Positions 37,736 to 47,546 of a DNA stretch of 63,910 nucleotides are shown piece after piece. Under the pieces are notes generated by a model. It did not search any database, was not told the origin of the DNA, and saw only the letters and a program-made list of their open reading frames with translations. Numbering within the stretch: the first letter of the stretch is position 1; every line of letters starts with the position of its first letter. The position numbers were made by a program, and so were the translations under genes. Origin of the DNA: a virus (lineage: Duplodnaviria > Caudoviricetes); IMG/VR virus record IMGVR_UViG_3300038548_000456, positions 1-63,910 of that record. One strand, given 5' to 3'.

Positions 37736-38622
37736 TGCCAGGTGTACTAGACTTTCTGTTTGAAGGCAGGCCACCCTCTTCCGTTACGACTTACGGAGAA
37801 ACAGTCGAGAACATTCCAAAGTGGCTGTCTGATTATACGCAGGGACTGATTGGACGTGCTAATGTCATAGCAGCTGAGCCCTATCAAGAGTATGGAGGTC
37901 CTCGCATATCGGGATGGGCTCCTGAGCAGCTTGAAGCCTTTGAATCAGGGCGGGAGAATATTGGAGCCTGGCAGCCGGGGATAGAAACTGCTGGGGGATT
38001 GACTCAAGCGGGAGCGGCCTCATTCCCTGGTCAGGTTGGAGAGTACATGGATCCATACATCGGAAATGTACTGGATCGACAAGCTGAGCTTTCTCAAAGA
38101 CAACTCACAGAACAATTCATTCCTGAGCTTCAAAGTGCTTTTGTTGGATCTGGCTCATTCGGTGGTGATCGAATGATGGATCTTGGTATTCGAGGAACTC
38201 GAGATATTGCTGAGGGATTACAAGGACAACAACTTGGAGCTCTATCTCAGGCATACGGACAAGCCGGACAATTGTTTCAACAAGACAGAGCTCGCGAATT
38301 GGCAGGGGGACAACAGATGGGAGCTCTTGCAGAGGCAGAACAAGCAATGCTGGGAAGAGATGTCGCAGGACTCGAAGCAATTGGGGCACAACAGAGAGGC
38401 ATGGGCCAACAGAGTCTGGATCTGGCTTATCAAGACTTTCAACAACAGCGTGACTATCCACGATCACAAGTTGATTGGATGTCAAATATTGTTCGAGGTC
38501 TTCCAAGCTCGACTCAGACAACTACTTCTCAGACCGGACCGGCAGATATTTATGGTCCCTCTCCGCTATCTCAGATAGCCTCATTGTACTCAACTTACCG
38601 CGGTCTACAACCGGGAGAATAA
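37735..38622 (+). CDS. Putative DNA ejection/pilot protein
   Basis: Q/G/A-rich; YMDPYI..V, FGGDR, IGAQQR..QQSLD.AYQDF. Confidence 0.7.
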   Translation: MPGVLDFLFEGRPPSSVTTYGETVENIPKWLSDYTQGLIGRANVIAAEPYQEYGGPRISGWAPEQLEAFESGRENIGAWQPGIETAGGLTQAGAASFPGQVGEYMDPYIGNVLDRQAELSQRQLTEQFIPELQSAFVGSGSFGGDRMMDLGIRGTRDIAEGLQGQQLGALSQAYGQAGQLFQQDRARELAGGQQMGALAEAEQAMLGRDVAGLEAIGAQQRGMGQQSLDLAYQDFQQQRDYPRSQVDWMSNIVRGLPSSTQTTTSQTGPADIYGPSPLSQIASLYSTYRGLQPGE

Positions 38623-38623
38623 G

Positions 38624-41332
38624 ATGGCAGGTTATCAAGAAGGCGGCTTAGCTGCGGCAATCGGCGCTCCTGATGAAGAAGAGGAAGAAACTCAGGTAAA
38701 CCAGATTCAACAGCTTCAGGCTGGACAACAAGGCTTCGATGTTGAAGAGTTTATAGGAAGATATGAAGAAACAGCTGAGCAATCCCGTCAAGCTCTTAGA
38801 GATGCTCGAGAGAAAGTTTTAGCAAGAGAGTATGATCCTCGTCAGATGTGGTTGGCTGCGGCTGCTGCGTTTGGTAAACCTACTCGGACGGGACAGTTTG
38901 GAGAAACTCTGGGTAATCTAGCTGGAGCCTTACAACCTGAGTTCGCAGCTCGAGATGAGTTCGGTCGAGCAAAAGAAGAACAAATCCTAAGTCTTGATCA
39001 AGCTCTTTCAGGAGTCGATCGAGGTATGCTGGGTAGCGAACTCAAGTTAAGACAACTACAAGAGTCTCAAAGACTATCCAGACAAGAGTTAGACTTCAAG
39101 CTGCAAGAACGTCGTGACAAGGAGATGAAGCAGAATCTAACTCACGAAGCAGGTATGCGGAAAGAATTCAACACTCTCCTGAAAGATTATGAGAAAGTCT
39201 CTGATGCTTATGGACGAGTTCAGTCTGCTGCGAAAAATCCCTCTGCTGCTGGCGATCTGGCAATGATCTTCAACTTTATGAAAATGTTGGATCCAGGTTC
39301 CACAGTACGAGAAGGCGAATTTGCAACTGCTGCCGCAACAGCCGGTGTCCCTGGTCGAATCGTAACTCTCTATAATAACATGTTAAGAGGTGAACGATTG
39401 AATCCAGAGCAACGGCTTGACTTCTTGAATCAGGCTGTAGGCTTATATGGAACTGCCAAAGAAGGAGCTCAACTCAAAGCAGATGCATACAGAGCTCTAG
39501 CCATTCGTAATGAATTGGATCCTGAGGACATCACAGCAGTTTTTGACAATGCTTACAATAGATTTGATGCCCCATCGCAAAAGATCATGGTTAATATGCC
39601 TGATGGAGGAAGCTTCGAAGTATCCCAGAGTCTCGTGGATGCAGGCGACAAGAAAGAAATTGTTCGTCTTTATGAAGAGCACAAACAGAAACAAGGTTTT
39701 GCTGAGGGAGGGAAGGTTAAAAAGAAATTCCAAGAGGGAGGCACTGTCAACTTTGATGAGATTGAAGACGAGACTCTCGATCTGGAAGAGATTGGAGTTG
39801 AAGAGGAAGATATCGATATTGAACAAATTCTTCAATCACTGGGAGGAGCAGCAGCAGGTGCGGCAGTAGGTCCTTTAGCTATATCGGCTGAGCAGAGATT
39901 AGCTGAGATGGCACAGCCTCAACTTACTTCAGGAAGACCAGCTGAGCGAAAGATTGTCGAAGCTATGGAGATGAGCGGTACAGATCCTGCTACTGTAATG
40001 CAAGATGTTCGTCGTGGGCAACGACTTGGAGTTCCTGAGACACCTCTGGACGTTGGAGGTAGAATGACTCGAGTGCTGGGTGAGAAAGCTTTGATTGCTG
40101 GAGGACCAGAAGCAGAACAAGTCTTGTCTGAGCTAGGAGAGCGGCATGAAGGAAGTCGAGCTCGAGTAGAGGAACAAGTTAGTCGGAGATTCAAGACACC
40201 TGAGTATTTTGCTACTGAGGATAAACTTACCGAGAGACTTTATGAAAGAGCTAGACCCGCTTATGAGAAAGCCTGGTCTGAGAATCCAGCTCTTGATCAT
40301 CCTCCTTTCTGGAAGAAGATGGTTGACAATAAGTATGGTGAGCAGGCTGTTCACATGGCTCTCGACTTTATGGACGACATTGAACAAGAGCCTATCGGTA
40401 AGAAGAACATCGCAGGTTGGGTAGAACGTCCTAGCTTGAAATTCTTAGATCAAGTGAAGCGAGGGTTTGATCAACTCATTCGTAAGGAAGAGAACATGGG
40501 AGCCACTCCTCTTGGTCGACATCTTCGAGGAATGAGAAAGACTCTCGTGACTTGGTTAGATGATCCTAAGAACACTACTCCTGCTTATTCAGCTGCTCGA
40601 AAGCAATACAAAGGAGATCTAGAAATTCTCGAGGCTTTGGACACTGGTCGAAAACAGTATCTGAGGATGCCAACAGAAGAAGCGAAGCGTATGCTTCAAG
40701 GAATGCCCTGGGCAGAGAAGAACGCGCTGCGTGCTGGCGTTACTCAGCGTCTGTATGAGCAGCTAGATACTCCTACTTCAGATATCAATGCAGCTAGGAA
40801 AATCTTGGGCTCTCCAGGCGTCTCAGATAAACTGGCGTTATTGTTCGACAAGCCGAAAGATTTTGAAGTATTCAAAGCAGCTCTGCGTCGGGAGATGGAA
40901 CTCTTCCAAGAAGGTAAGAAGACACTTGGTCGAGCAGAACGAGGTCGAACCTCTCGAATGACTAAGGAGCTGACGTCTCAAGATGAATTCACTCCTGGTG
41001 CTGTACTAAAAACAGCGAGGGCTATTCGACCAGTTGAATGGTTCATGAAGTTCATTGACAGAAAAGACTTTAGACTAAGTGCTACAGAAGCTGATGAGAT
41101 TATCAAGATTCTGAACGAGGGGGACAATGCAGAACTTCAGAAGTTAGAACAGAGACTTACTCAGGTTGCTGCTTCTCGTAAACGTAAAGCTGCTCCAATT
41201 AGAAAGAAAGGCAGAGCTGCAGCAGCTGGTGCATTACTCGGAGGAATCGGTACATTCTTAATGACTGGAGAGGATGAAGAAGAAGAGATTAACATGGAAG
41301 AGATCGGTCAACTGCTCGAGGGACAGCAGTAA
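38624..41332 (+). CDS. Large internal virion/ejection protein
   Basis: 902 aa helical; KMLDPGSTVREGEF motif; three [FY]xxGG motifs; hydrophobic segment near the C-terminus. Confidence 0.75.
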   Translation: MAGYQEGGLAAAIGAPDEEEEETQVNQIQQLQAGQQGFDVEEFIGRYEETAEQSRQALRDAREKVLAREYDPRQMWLAAAAAFGKPTRTGQFGETLGNLAGALQPEFAARDEFGRAKEEQILSLDQALSGVDRGMLGSELKLRQLQESQRLSRQELDFKLQERRDKEMKQNLTHEAGMRKEFNTLLKDYEKVSDAYGRVQSAAKNPSAAGDLAMIFNFMKMLDPGSTVREGEFATAAATAGVPGRIVTLYNNMLRGERLNPEQRLDFLNQAVGLYGTAKEGAQLKADAYRALAIRNELDPEDITAVFDNAYNRFDAPSQKIMVNMPDGGSFEVSQSLVDAGDKKEIVRLYEEHKQKQGFAEGGKVKKKFQEGGTVNFDEIEDETLDLEEIGVEEEDIDIEQILQSLGGAAAGAAVGPLAISAEQRLAEMAQPQLTSGRPAERKIVEAMEMSGTDPATVMQDVRRGQRLGVPETPLDVGGRMTRVLGEKALIAGGPEAEQVLSELGERHEGSRARVEEQVSRRFKTPEYFATEDKLTERLYERARPAYEKAWSENPALDHPPFWKKMVDNKYGEQAVHMALDFMDDIEQEPIGKKNIAGWVERPSLKFLDQVKRGFDQLIRKEENMGATPLGRHLRGMRKTLVTWLDDPKNTTPAYSAARKQYKGDLEILEALDTGRKQYLRMPTEEAKRMLQGMPWAEKNALRAGVTQRLYEQLDTPTSDINAARKILGSPGVSDKLALLFDKPKDFEVFKAALRREMELFQEGKKTLGRAERGRTSRMTKELTSQDEFTPGAVLKTARAIRPVEWFMKFIDRKDFRLSATEADEIIKILNEGDNAELQKLEQRLTQVAASRKRKAAPIRKKGRAAAAGALLGGIGTFLMTGEDEEEEINMEEIGQLLEGQQ

Positions 41333-43152
41333 TGCCTAAAGCTAAGTCCTTATTGAAAGCTGGTCCTTCTCTTCATGAGGCAGCAAGAGAAGCCATTCAG
41401 AGGGGAGATACTACTGAGGCTCTTGCTTTATTGAGACAATTACAAGAGTTGCTTCAGTTAAGTGATGATGAATTTAGTAAGATGATGGGACAACAACATT
41501 CAGCTCCTCCTGCTAAAACTGTACCAGTCAATCCTCTTGATGAGATCTACGATCCTGAGACTCCAATAGGTGGATACAAACATGAGTTTGCTGAGGGAGG
41601 ATCTGCCAAGAAAGATGAGCGTCCTGCTAGAAGCCTTCTGAAAGCTCTGATGTCTTCATTAGGAGGAGCTATTCCTTTCGTTGGTGAAGAAGGTGCATTA
41701 GTTGGTCAGGACGTTGGCGAACGAATGTACGAGCTTGGAGCGTATCCCATCGCCGGACTTAAATCTCAGTGGTACGGAGTTGATCCGACCACTGGTGAAT
41801 TTGAATATGCAGGTCCAGGCTCAGGTCCAGCTTATCCTGATCCGGCTCTTGCGATGTATGACATGGAAGAGTATCGTCGTCAGTTGGATGCATGGAAAGC
41901 TGCTCAAGAACAAACTGGAGCTATCCCCGGGATCATCGATGAGACAGCTGCACTTCCTCTACTAGGAGGAATGGTAGGAGTCCCCACTCCTGAATTTGCA
42001 GAAACTGCTGGACTTAGAACTGAGGAGAACTGGGCAAAGTCTCTTGAATCATTGGGACTCGAGGAACCTGAAGGATTGGTTGAGAACACTTTGCTGGCTG
42101 GGGGGATGATGCTGGGTCAGTTGCCTATTCCCCTAGCTTGGGCCAATAGAGTTAAGCCGGTCGGAGGATGGCTCAAACGAGTAGCAGGAGCCACACCGAG
42201 ATTCGGTATGGAATTCTTATCTCCCATCATCGAGCCTAAAGTTGCTAACTACATCGGCGGTGCTCTGTTTGGTGGAGGTCTGATGACCATGCTTGAGCCC
42301 GGTGATATTCCTCCAGACATTGAAGAACTAGTCAAGCGAGCGAGAGAGGGTGACGAAGAAGCCTATGAGCAATTGAAGGTTCTCTACGAAGAGTACCAGG
42401 CTCAGCAAGAAGTTACAACGTCTGAGGAAGAAGGCGCACTTAGTCAGATGGAGAGATCGGTAAGGTTTGGTTATGCAGGCGGAGGTAAAGTCAAAGGTCT
42501 AACTCGTCGAGGATTCCTGAAAGGATTAGGAGCGACAATCACAACTGCTATGGGAGCAGGGAAGGCAGCACGTCATGCTGAGATTACTCCTCGACTGAAA
42601 GAGATTGAAGAAGCGATCATGCCAGCGCGTCATGCTGTCAAGAAATCTATTCCTCATCTACAATCTGTTTCGGATTACCTTAGACGTGAAGCTGACAATG
42701 TGATGAGAGATATGCAGGATGACATCACTCGAGCAGCTGATAAGGATTCGATGCAATGGAAAGTTGAAGATCATCCTGATATGGATATGTACGAGATGTT
42801 TACAGGTGATGCTGACGACTATGACATTATTGTCAAATCTCTTGAAGAGGGAGATGTTGAATCGGCTGTCAAATATTACGACAATCTAGATACGGCTTCT
42901 CGAGAATCTATTTATGACTTCTTAGAACATGACAAGTTGCTTGATGTTCGAGAGATGTTCGCCAGAGGCAAGAGCGACTATGAATATATTCCACTCGAGC
43001 GACACCCTGAGTATGATGCGATTATTAAGAAAGCTGAATCGCTAAGAGAGCTTCGGGATCCTGATGATGATTGGTTTATTCGGAAGGCTATGGATCTAGA
43101 GAATGAAGGTTACAGTGGTCAAGATCTAATCAAGTTTATGGAGAATAGATAA
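41332..43152 (+). CDS. Putative internal virion protein with an internal twin-arginine motif
   Basis: FAEGG; YAGGGKVKGLTRRGFLK. Confidence 0.7.
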   Translation: MPKAKSLLKAGPSLHEAAREAIQRGDTTEALALLRQLQELLQLSDDEFSKMMGQQHSAPPAKTVPVNPLDEIYDPETPIGGYKHEFAEGGSAKKDERPARSLLKALMSSLGGAIPFVGEEGALVGQDVGERMYELGAYPIAGLKSQWYGVDPTTGEFEYAGPGSGPAYPDPALAMYDMEEYRRQLDAWKAAQEQTGAIPGIIDETAALPLLGGMVGVPTPEFAETAGLRTEENWAKSLESLGLEEPEGLVENTLLAGGMMLGQLPIPLAWANRVKPVGGWLKRVAGATPRFGMEFLSPIIEPKVANYIGGALFGGGLMTMLEPGDIPPDIEELVKRAREGDEEAYEQLKVLYEEYQAQQEVTTSEEEGALSQMERSVRFGYAGGGKVKGLTRRGFLKGLGATITTAMGAGKAARHAEITPRLKEIEEAIMPARHAVKKSIPHLQSVSDYLRREADNVMRDMQDDITRAADKDSMQWKVEDHPDMDMYEMFTGDADDYDIIVKSLEEGDVESAVKYYDNLDTASRESIYDFLEHDKLLDVREMFARGKSDYEYIPLERHPEYDAIIKKAESLRELRDPDDDWFIRKAMDLENEGYSGQDLIKFMENR

Positions 43153-44018
43153 TGCCTAGTGAAACACCCAAACAAGCTCGATTCATGGCCGCTGCAGCGC
43201 ATAATCCAAAATTCGCTAAGCGTGTGGGAATCAAGCCTAAGGTAGCTAAAGAATTTAATCGTGCCGATACTGGCACCAAACTGTTGAGTAAAGCAATGAA
43301 GAGACAAAGATATCAAGGTGGTGGATTAGCTCAAGCAGGTATGCGAGTACGAAGACCTCAGCAAGGACGAGGAATGATTCCGCCCCTAGGAGGTGGCCTA
43401 CAGCAGGCTGTCAAACCTCAGATAGATCCGCGGTCGAGAATGATGGGGACGACTCCGCCCCAGCGAACGATGGTTCCTCCGAATATGAGACCGCCTGGCG
43501 CCACGACAGGTCCTGTAGGGCCTCAGCAGATTCCGCCTGGTGTTCGACCAGGAACAGGCGCGCTTGGACAATACGCAGGAGCTGGTGGACGCTCAGGCGC
43601 CTTTAGACGTCCTCAGCAGCTCGCAGATGGACAAAATCGCTTTATGGGCAGACGACCAATGGGTGGAGCGCCAAACGGCCTGCTAAGGACAGCTCAGAGC
43701 GTCTCGCCGAACTATGGCGATAGGCTACAGGGTATGAATCGCCGTCTTCAATTCGCCAAGGGCGGGAAGGTGAAGCGAGCTATCGCAGCTTTACAACGAG
43801 CCAGGGTGGATCTTCAGGACAGTGATCCTAGCTTTGAGCTAATTGCTAGCGCACTCGGAAAGGATGTTCCCAACGCTGGAGGCATTGCTGCTGCCATTCG
43901 AGCGACTGCTAAGAAAAAACCCAAAACTGGCGCACCTGATGAGTTTCGCGCTGACTGGCAAAGTATCAATAAGAAGCTTGATGCTTTGGAAGAAGCTATA
44001 AGCAAAGCTGGAGATTAG
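43152..44018 (+). CDS. Putative internal virion protein
   Basis: MPSETPKQARFMAAAAHNPKFAK N-domain, P/G/Q-rich middle, YQGGG and FAKGG. Confidence 0.7.
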   Translation: MPSETPKQARFMAAAAHNPKFAKRVGIKPKVAKEFNRADTGTKLLSKAMKRQRYQGGGLAQAGMRVRRPQQGRGMIPPLGGGLQQAVKPQIDPRSRMMGTTPPQRTMVPPNMRPPGATTGPVGPQQIPPGVRPGTGALGQYAGAGGRSGAFRRPQQLADGQNRFMGRRPMGGAPNGLLRTAQSVSPNYGDRLQGMNRRLQFAKGGKVKRAIAALQRARVDLQDSDPSFELIASALGKDVPNAGGIAAAIRATAKKKPKTGAPDEFRADWQSINKKLDALEEAISKAGD

Positions 44019-44527
44019 TAGTCTTGTAACGCAGCTCGGATTTTTTCTTCGTTATTATACGGAGCACTCATTCCATTCTTCCGAAGGAATTTGCGAATCT
44101 TGCCAGGGGGTAATTCCATCTCTCCTGCGATTATGGAGATGATAGTTGATTTGCTTTTCTGAGCAGCTCTTTTGATTGTGGCAACTCTTTTAACTTTGGA
44201 GGAAGGAAGATCGAAATCTTCAGGGGTGTTGGGCCATTCTCGAATCAGCTCTAATGCCTCATCGCTAATGGGCTTATTTTGCATGATCCGTTCGATGTGA
44301 GAGATGAATTTAGCGACCGGATATTCTTCGGGTCCGTACATAATCAAGGGAGCTTTATCAAGATCTTCCAATGTGATAGGTATGGTAATTATTCCTTCCC
44401 CGTCATTGATAATTCCTAATCCGCGTGCGCTACCTCTGAAACATAAGGTTGGTTTATTGCCTGTGGCGTAGGTATGTCCATCTACTATTGCCTTCTCGGT
44501 GTACAAACCTCGAACGGTGGCTTCCAT
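44015..44527 (-). CDS. Hypothetical protein with C-terminal HTH-like domain
   Basis: GGGAG SD; IAGEMELPPGKIRKFLRKNG. Confidence 0.7.
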   Translation of the reverse strand: MEATVRGLYTEKAIVDGHTYATGNKPTLCFRGSARGLGIINDGEGIITIPITLEDLDKAPLIMYGPEEYPVAKFISHIERIMQNKPISDEALELIREWPNTPEDFDLPSSKVKRVATIKRAAQKSKSTIISIIAGEMELPPGKIRKFLRKNGMSAPYNNEEKIRAALQDY

Positions 44528-44577
44528 TTTTCTCTCCCGGTTTTTAGCGTATTTTCACATTATAAAACAGACGGATC

Positions 44578-44988
44578 TTAATTGATATTACTTTCTTCAC
44601 CAAAGATTACGAAAGGTTCGTAAGAGAAATCATCATCTCCCTCTACTGCCACCCGGATAGCCATAGTAGCTACTTGGATTGCTTCGTTGTAGACTTCAGC
44701 AGTGGTGACGTTTTCTCCTCGACTATGTTCCATCATTGCTTTGTTGAGTTCTCCCACTTCTTCATTCAAAGCTGTAAGCATATATTGAGCACCTGGGAAT
44801 TTCTCACGAGCTTGCTGAAGTTCTCCTCGGATTGCTCGAATGATTTTCCCATCGTCACTCCAAAGTCGCCTATGAGCAGAATCATTGACTTCCACACAAA
44901 GACAAAGATCAACTGTGATTCCGCATTCACTGCAGCGCTCTAGGAGTCTATGGTCTAAATAGGTGCAATGTCTGGTAGGTGTGCCCAT
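44578..44988 (-). CDS. MazG-like nucleotide pyrophosphohydrolase
   Basis: LNEEVGELNKA...EAIQVATMAIR. Confidence 0.6.
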   Translation of the reverse strand: MGTPTRHCTYLDHRLLERCSECGITVDLCLCVEVNDSAHRRLWSDDGKIIRAIRGELQQAREKFPGAQYMLTALNEEVGELNKAMMEHSRGENVTTAEVYNEAIQVATMAIRVAVEGDDDFSYEPFVIFGEESNIN

Positions 44989-45419
44989 CGTATTCTCCTT
45001 ACAATTTTTGAGACAGTTGGTTGTTGAATTTTGAATCTCTTAGCAATCTGAAGTTGTGTTTGTCCTTCTTTATAGAGTTGTCGAATCTTTTGGACTTTCT
45101 CAGAAGTGAGAGAGGAATGACCATTCCTTTGGCCACTCAGATTTGGTTGTCGATTCTTATTTCTCATATCCTCGTCATTAAGCTTTGCATCTCCAAGAAA
45201 CAAATGATTGGGATTTATGCAAAGAGGAGTATCACAATGATGACAGATCATCTTTTCTTCTGGAATGGGACCATGATGTAATTCATAACTGAGACGGTGG
45301 ACTGCGCGTTGTTTTCTATTAACTCGGAATGTTCCATATCCTCTTCCTGTTTTTGCACCTGTCCATATCCAACAAGAAGAAGTCTTATCTACTTGTGACC
45401 AGAAGACTTCTTTTCTCAT
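44955..45419 (-). CDS. HNH homing endonuclease with C-terminal HTH
   Basis: CWIWTG..GYG, HRLSY, CHHCDTPLCINPNHL. Confidence 0.9.
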   Translation of the reverse strand: MRKEVFWSQVDKTSSCWIWTGAKTGRGYGTFRVNRKQRAVHRLSYELHHGPIPEEKMICHHCDTPLCINPNHLFLGDAKLNDEDMRNKNRQPNLSGQRNGHSSLTSEKVQKIRQLYKEGQTQLQIAKRFKIQQPTVSKIVRRIRWAHLPDIAPI

Positions 45420-45850
45420 ATTCCATCTCCTCTGGATAAAATTTCATGTAAAATCTTGGCAGCTTGTTGGTTTTTTCCCCGAGTAAGCATAGCGACGGCG
45501 ATAGAGGCTATCTCTTCTTCAGTGTGATAATTAATGTATTTCACATTCATCCCCGCGATAATATAAACTTTTCTGCCTATCTCGACTAGGATCCAGACAG
45601 TTCCCCCCGCTGCTACTTCTTTGGGAATCCATTTTAACTGAGATCGTCGCATACCCGTCTTTTTAGTGAATGGATGATGAGCGTGAGAATCTTTTGCTGC
45701 TTTCAACTCCATCGTGAAGGTGGGAATATCGGGGATGGTGCAGAAAACATCAGGAAAACCCGGAGAGCACTCTGACTCAATCCGGGTGTAGTGACCTAAA
45801 GGGAGGGTTACATCACGCAACCACTCCCACAGGTTTGCCTCAGTGGTCAC
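45416..45850 (-). CDS. VRR-NUC / Holliday-junction resolvase-like PD-(D/E)XK nuclease
   Basis: RIES...GFPD...MELK...RRSQLKW. Confidence 0.75.
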   Translation of the reverse strand: MTTEANLWEWLRDVTLPLGHYTRIESECSPGFPDVFCTIPDIPTFTMELKAAKDSHAHHPFTKKTGMRRSQLKWIPKEVAAGGTVWILVEIGRKVYIIAGMNVKYINYHTEEEIASIAVAMLTRGKNQQAAKILHEILSRGDGI

Positions 45851-46191
45851 AGATCCAACGCTTTCCGTGCTTTCTTCAGGGCGTTAGAACCCTCTTTCCA
45901 AGCCCAGCGTCCGCCAGCTTCACGCTCAATACCTGCCGCGCGTAGTTTCTGACGAGCCTTTTGGCCAGAGATCTTAGCTTCACCAGCCAGCTGAGTCAAG
46001 GTGACTCCTTCGACTTTCGACCTCTTAGTCTTCTTGCTGCCTTTCTTGACGATTTTCTTTGAGGCCTTCTTACTCACTTTCTTGTTCTTCTTACTTTTCT
46101 TCTTGTTCGCCATGTTTTTCTCCTTATGGTCTGGAAGTGGCTCAGAGAGTTCCTTCCTTATGGCATCAGTTGCTTTCTTGATAGTTTTCAT
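45847..46191 (-). CDS. Lys-rich DNA-binding protein with HTH-like C-domain
   Basis: Histone H1-like Lys tract; LTQLAGE..I....ARQKLRAAG...RW. Confidence 0.7.
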   Translation of the reverse strand: MKTIKKATDAIRKELSEPLPDHKEKNMANKKKSKKNKKVSKKASKKIVKKGSKKTKRSKVEGVTLTQLAGEAKISGQKARQKLRAAGIEREAGGRWAWKEGSNALKKARKALDL

Positions 46192-47543
46192 GCGGCTCTC
46201 CGATAACGATCACATATGAGTGTTAATAAGTTCTTCTTCTTCACCACTGCTTCAAACATGTCCTCATCGACGGTGCCTTTGGCGATCAGATACCAGTAGT
46301 TGACTTGTTCGGTATCGAACGCTTGAACCCGGAATCTGGCCTGCTCGTAATTTATCAAGCTGTGGTTCCAAGAATAGTAAATATACGTGTTTGAGAGAGA
46401 TAAGTCGATGGCCTCGCCTGATTGAATCTGCAAAATGATCACATCGACGTCAAATTCTCCATTGTATTCGTGCTTACCTGAGATGATCTTCCAGGATAGC
46501 CCTATTCTAGATAATCTCTTCCCTATTTCCTCTATCTCGTGTTTGAATCGACAACAGATGACTAATTTCTTATTTTGGAGCTTCTCCTCATTTATCAAAA
46601 GCATTCCAAGCTCTGTCATCTTCTCAGCTCCTACCGTATGGACTTGGCGTTTCTTGCGCTTCTGTCCTGGTACTCGTTTGTCCTGAATGACGAAGCCTCC
46701 TGCTATCTGCTGAAGCTTCATTGATAAGGTTAGAACAAGCGGAGTGTCGATCTTGTGACCGTTGACTACTGTCTCGAGATACTCTTTCAATTCGTTGTAA
46801 GGTTTCCATGATGTCTTCTTCAGATCGAATAATACTTTCTTATGTCGAATGCGAGCACCGGGTAATCCTTCAGCGCGCCTCGCTTCGGCAAGTGTGATTC
46901 GATATGAATAGTAATGAAATATCTCATTGAATTCTTCTTCGTTCTTAGGTCCTATGATGACTTTGTAAGTGGTCTTAGTTTTCCAATTTTCTTTTTCTTC
47001 TATCTCAAGGTACTCATTCTCAAAATCTTTCCATCGGTCACCCAGAGCTCCGGGCTGGATAAAATCAAAAATAGCCCACGCATCTTTATGTCCTTGAGCA
47101 ATGGGTGTTCCGGTGAGCCCAAGTCGATAGGTAGATCTCTTACCAATTGTGCGAATGAAACGAGAGTTACGTGTGCCACGCTTCTTACAGCGATGGATCT
47201 CGTCAACAATGACCATAATCGAGCGGCTTTGCTTTTTCCATTTGTCGGCCAGACGATAATAACGCCTACGATCCTGGGCGTTACGAACGGCAGCCTCATA
47301 ATGAATGTAGCGAATGTAACAATCCCAGTCCACATCCAGATGCTTGTCGAATTCCTTGGACCAGACACGTAAAGCTTTTTTGGGACAAACGATAAAGATA
47401 ATATCTGGTTTGACATGGTCAGCTATCGCAATTGAAAGAAGGCACTTGCCTGTGCGCTGTTCTGGAAAAAACGCGAAGCCGTCATGTTGTATTGCTTTTT
47501 GGACGGCTTCACGTTGATAGTTCCTGAGAGTTGTCTTCAACAA
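46188..47543 (-). CDS. SNF2-family (SF2) helicase
   Basis: LRNYQ, EQRTGKC, VDEIH, GLTGTP, KLQQIAGG, YEQARFR. Confidence 0.9.
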   Translation of the reverse strand: MLKTTLRNYQREAVQKAIQHDGFAFFPEQRTGKCLLSIAIADHVKPDIIFIVCPKKALRVWSKEFDKHLDVDWDCYIRYIHYEAAVRNAQDRRRYYRLADKWKKQSRSIMVIVDEIHRCKKRGTRNSRFIRTIGKRSTYRLGLTGTPIAQGHKDAWAIFDFIQPGALGDRWKDFENEYLEIEEKENWKTKTTYKVIIGPKNEEEFNEIFHYYSYRITLAEARRAEGLPGARIRHKKVLFDLKKTSWKPYNELKEYLETVVNGHKIDTPLVLTLSMKLQQIAGGFVIQDKRVPGQKRKKRQVHTVGAEKMTELGMLLINEEKLQNKKLVICCRFKHEIEEIGKRLSRIGLSWKIISGKHEYNGEFDVDVIILQIQSGEAIDLSLSNTYIYYSWNHSLINYEQARFRVQAFDTEQVNYWYLIAKGTVDEDMFEAVVKKKNLLTLICDRYRRAA

Positions 47544-47546
47544 GGC

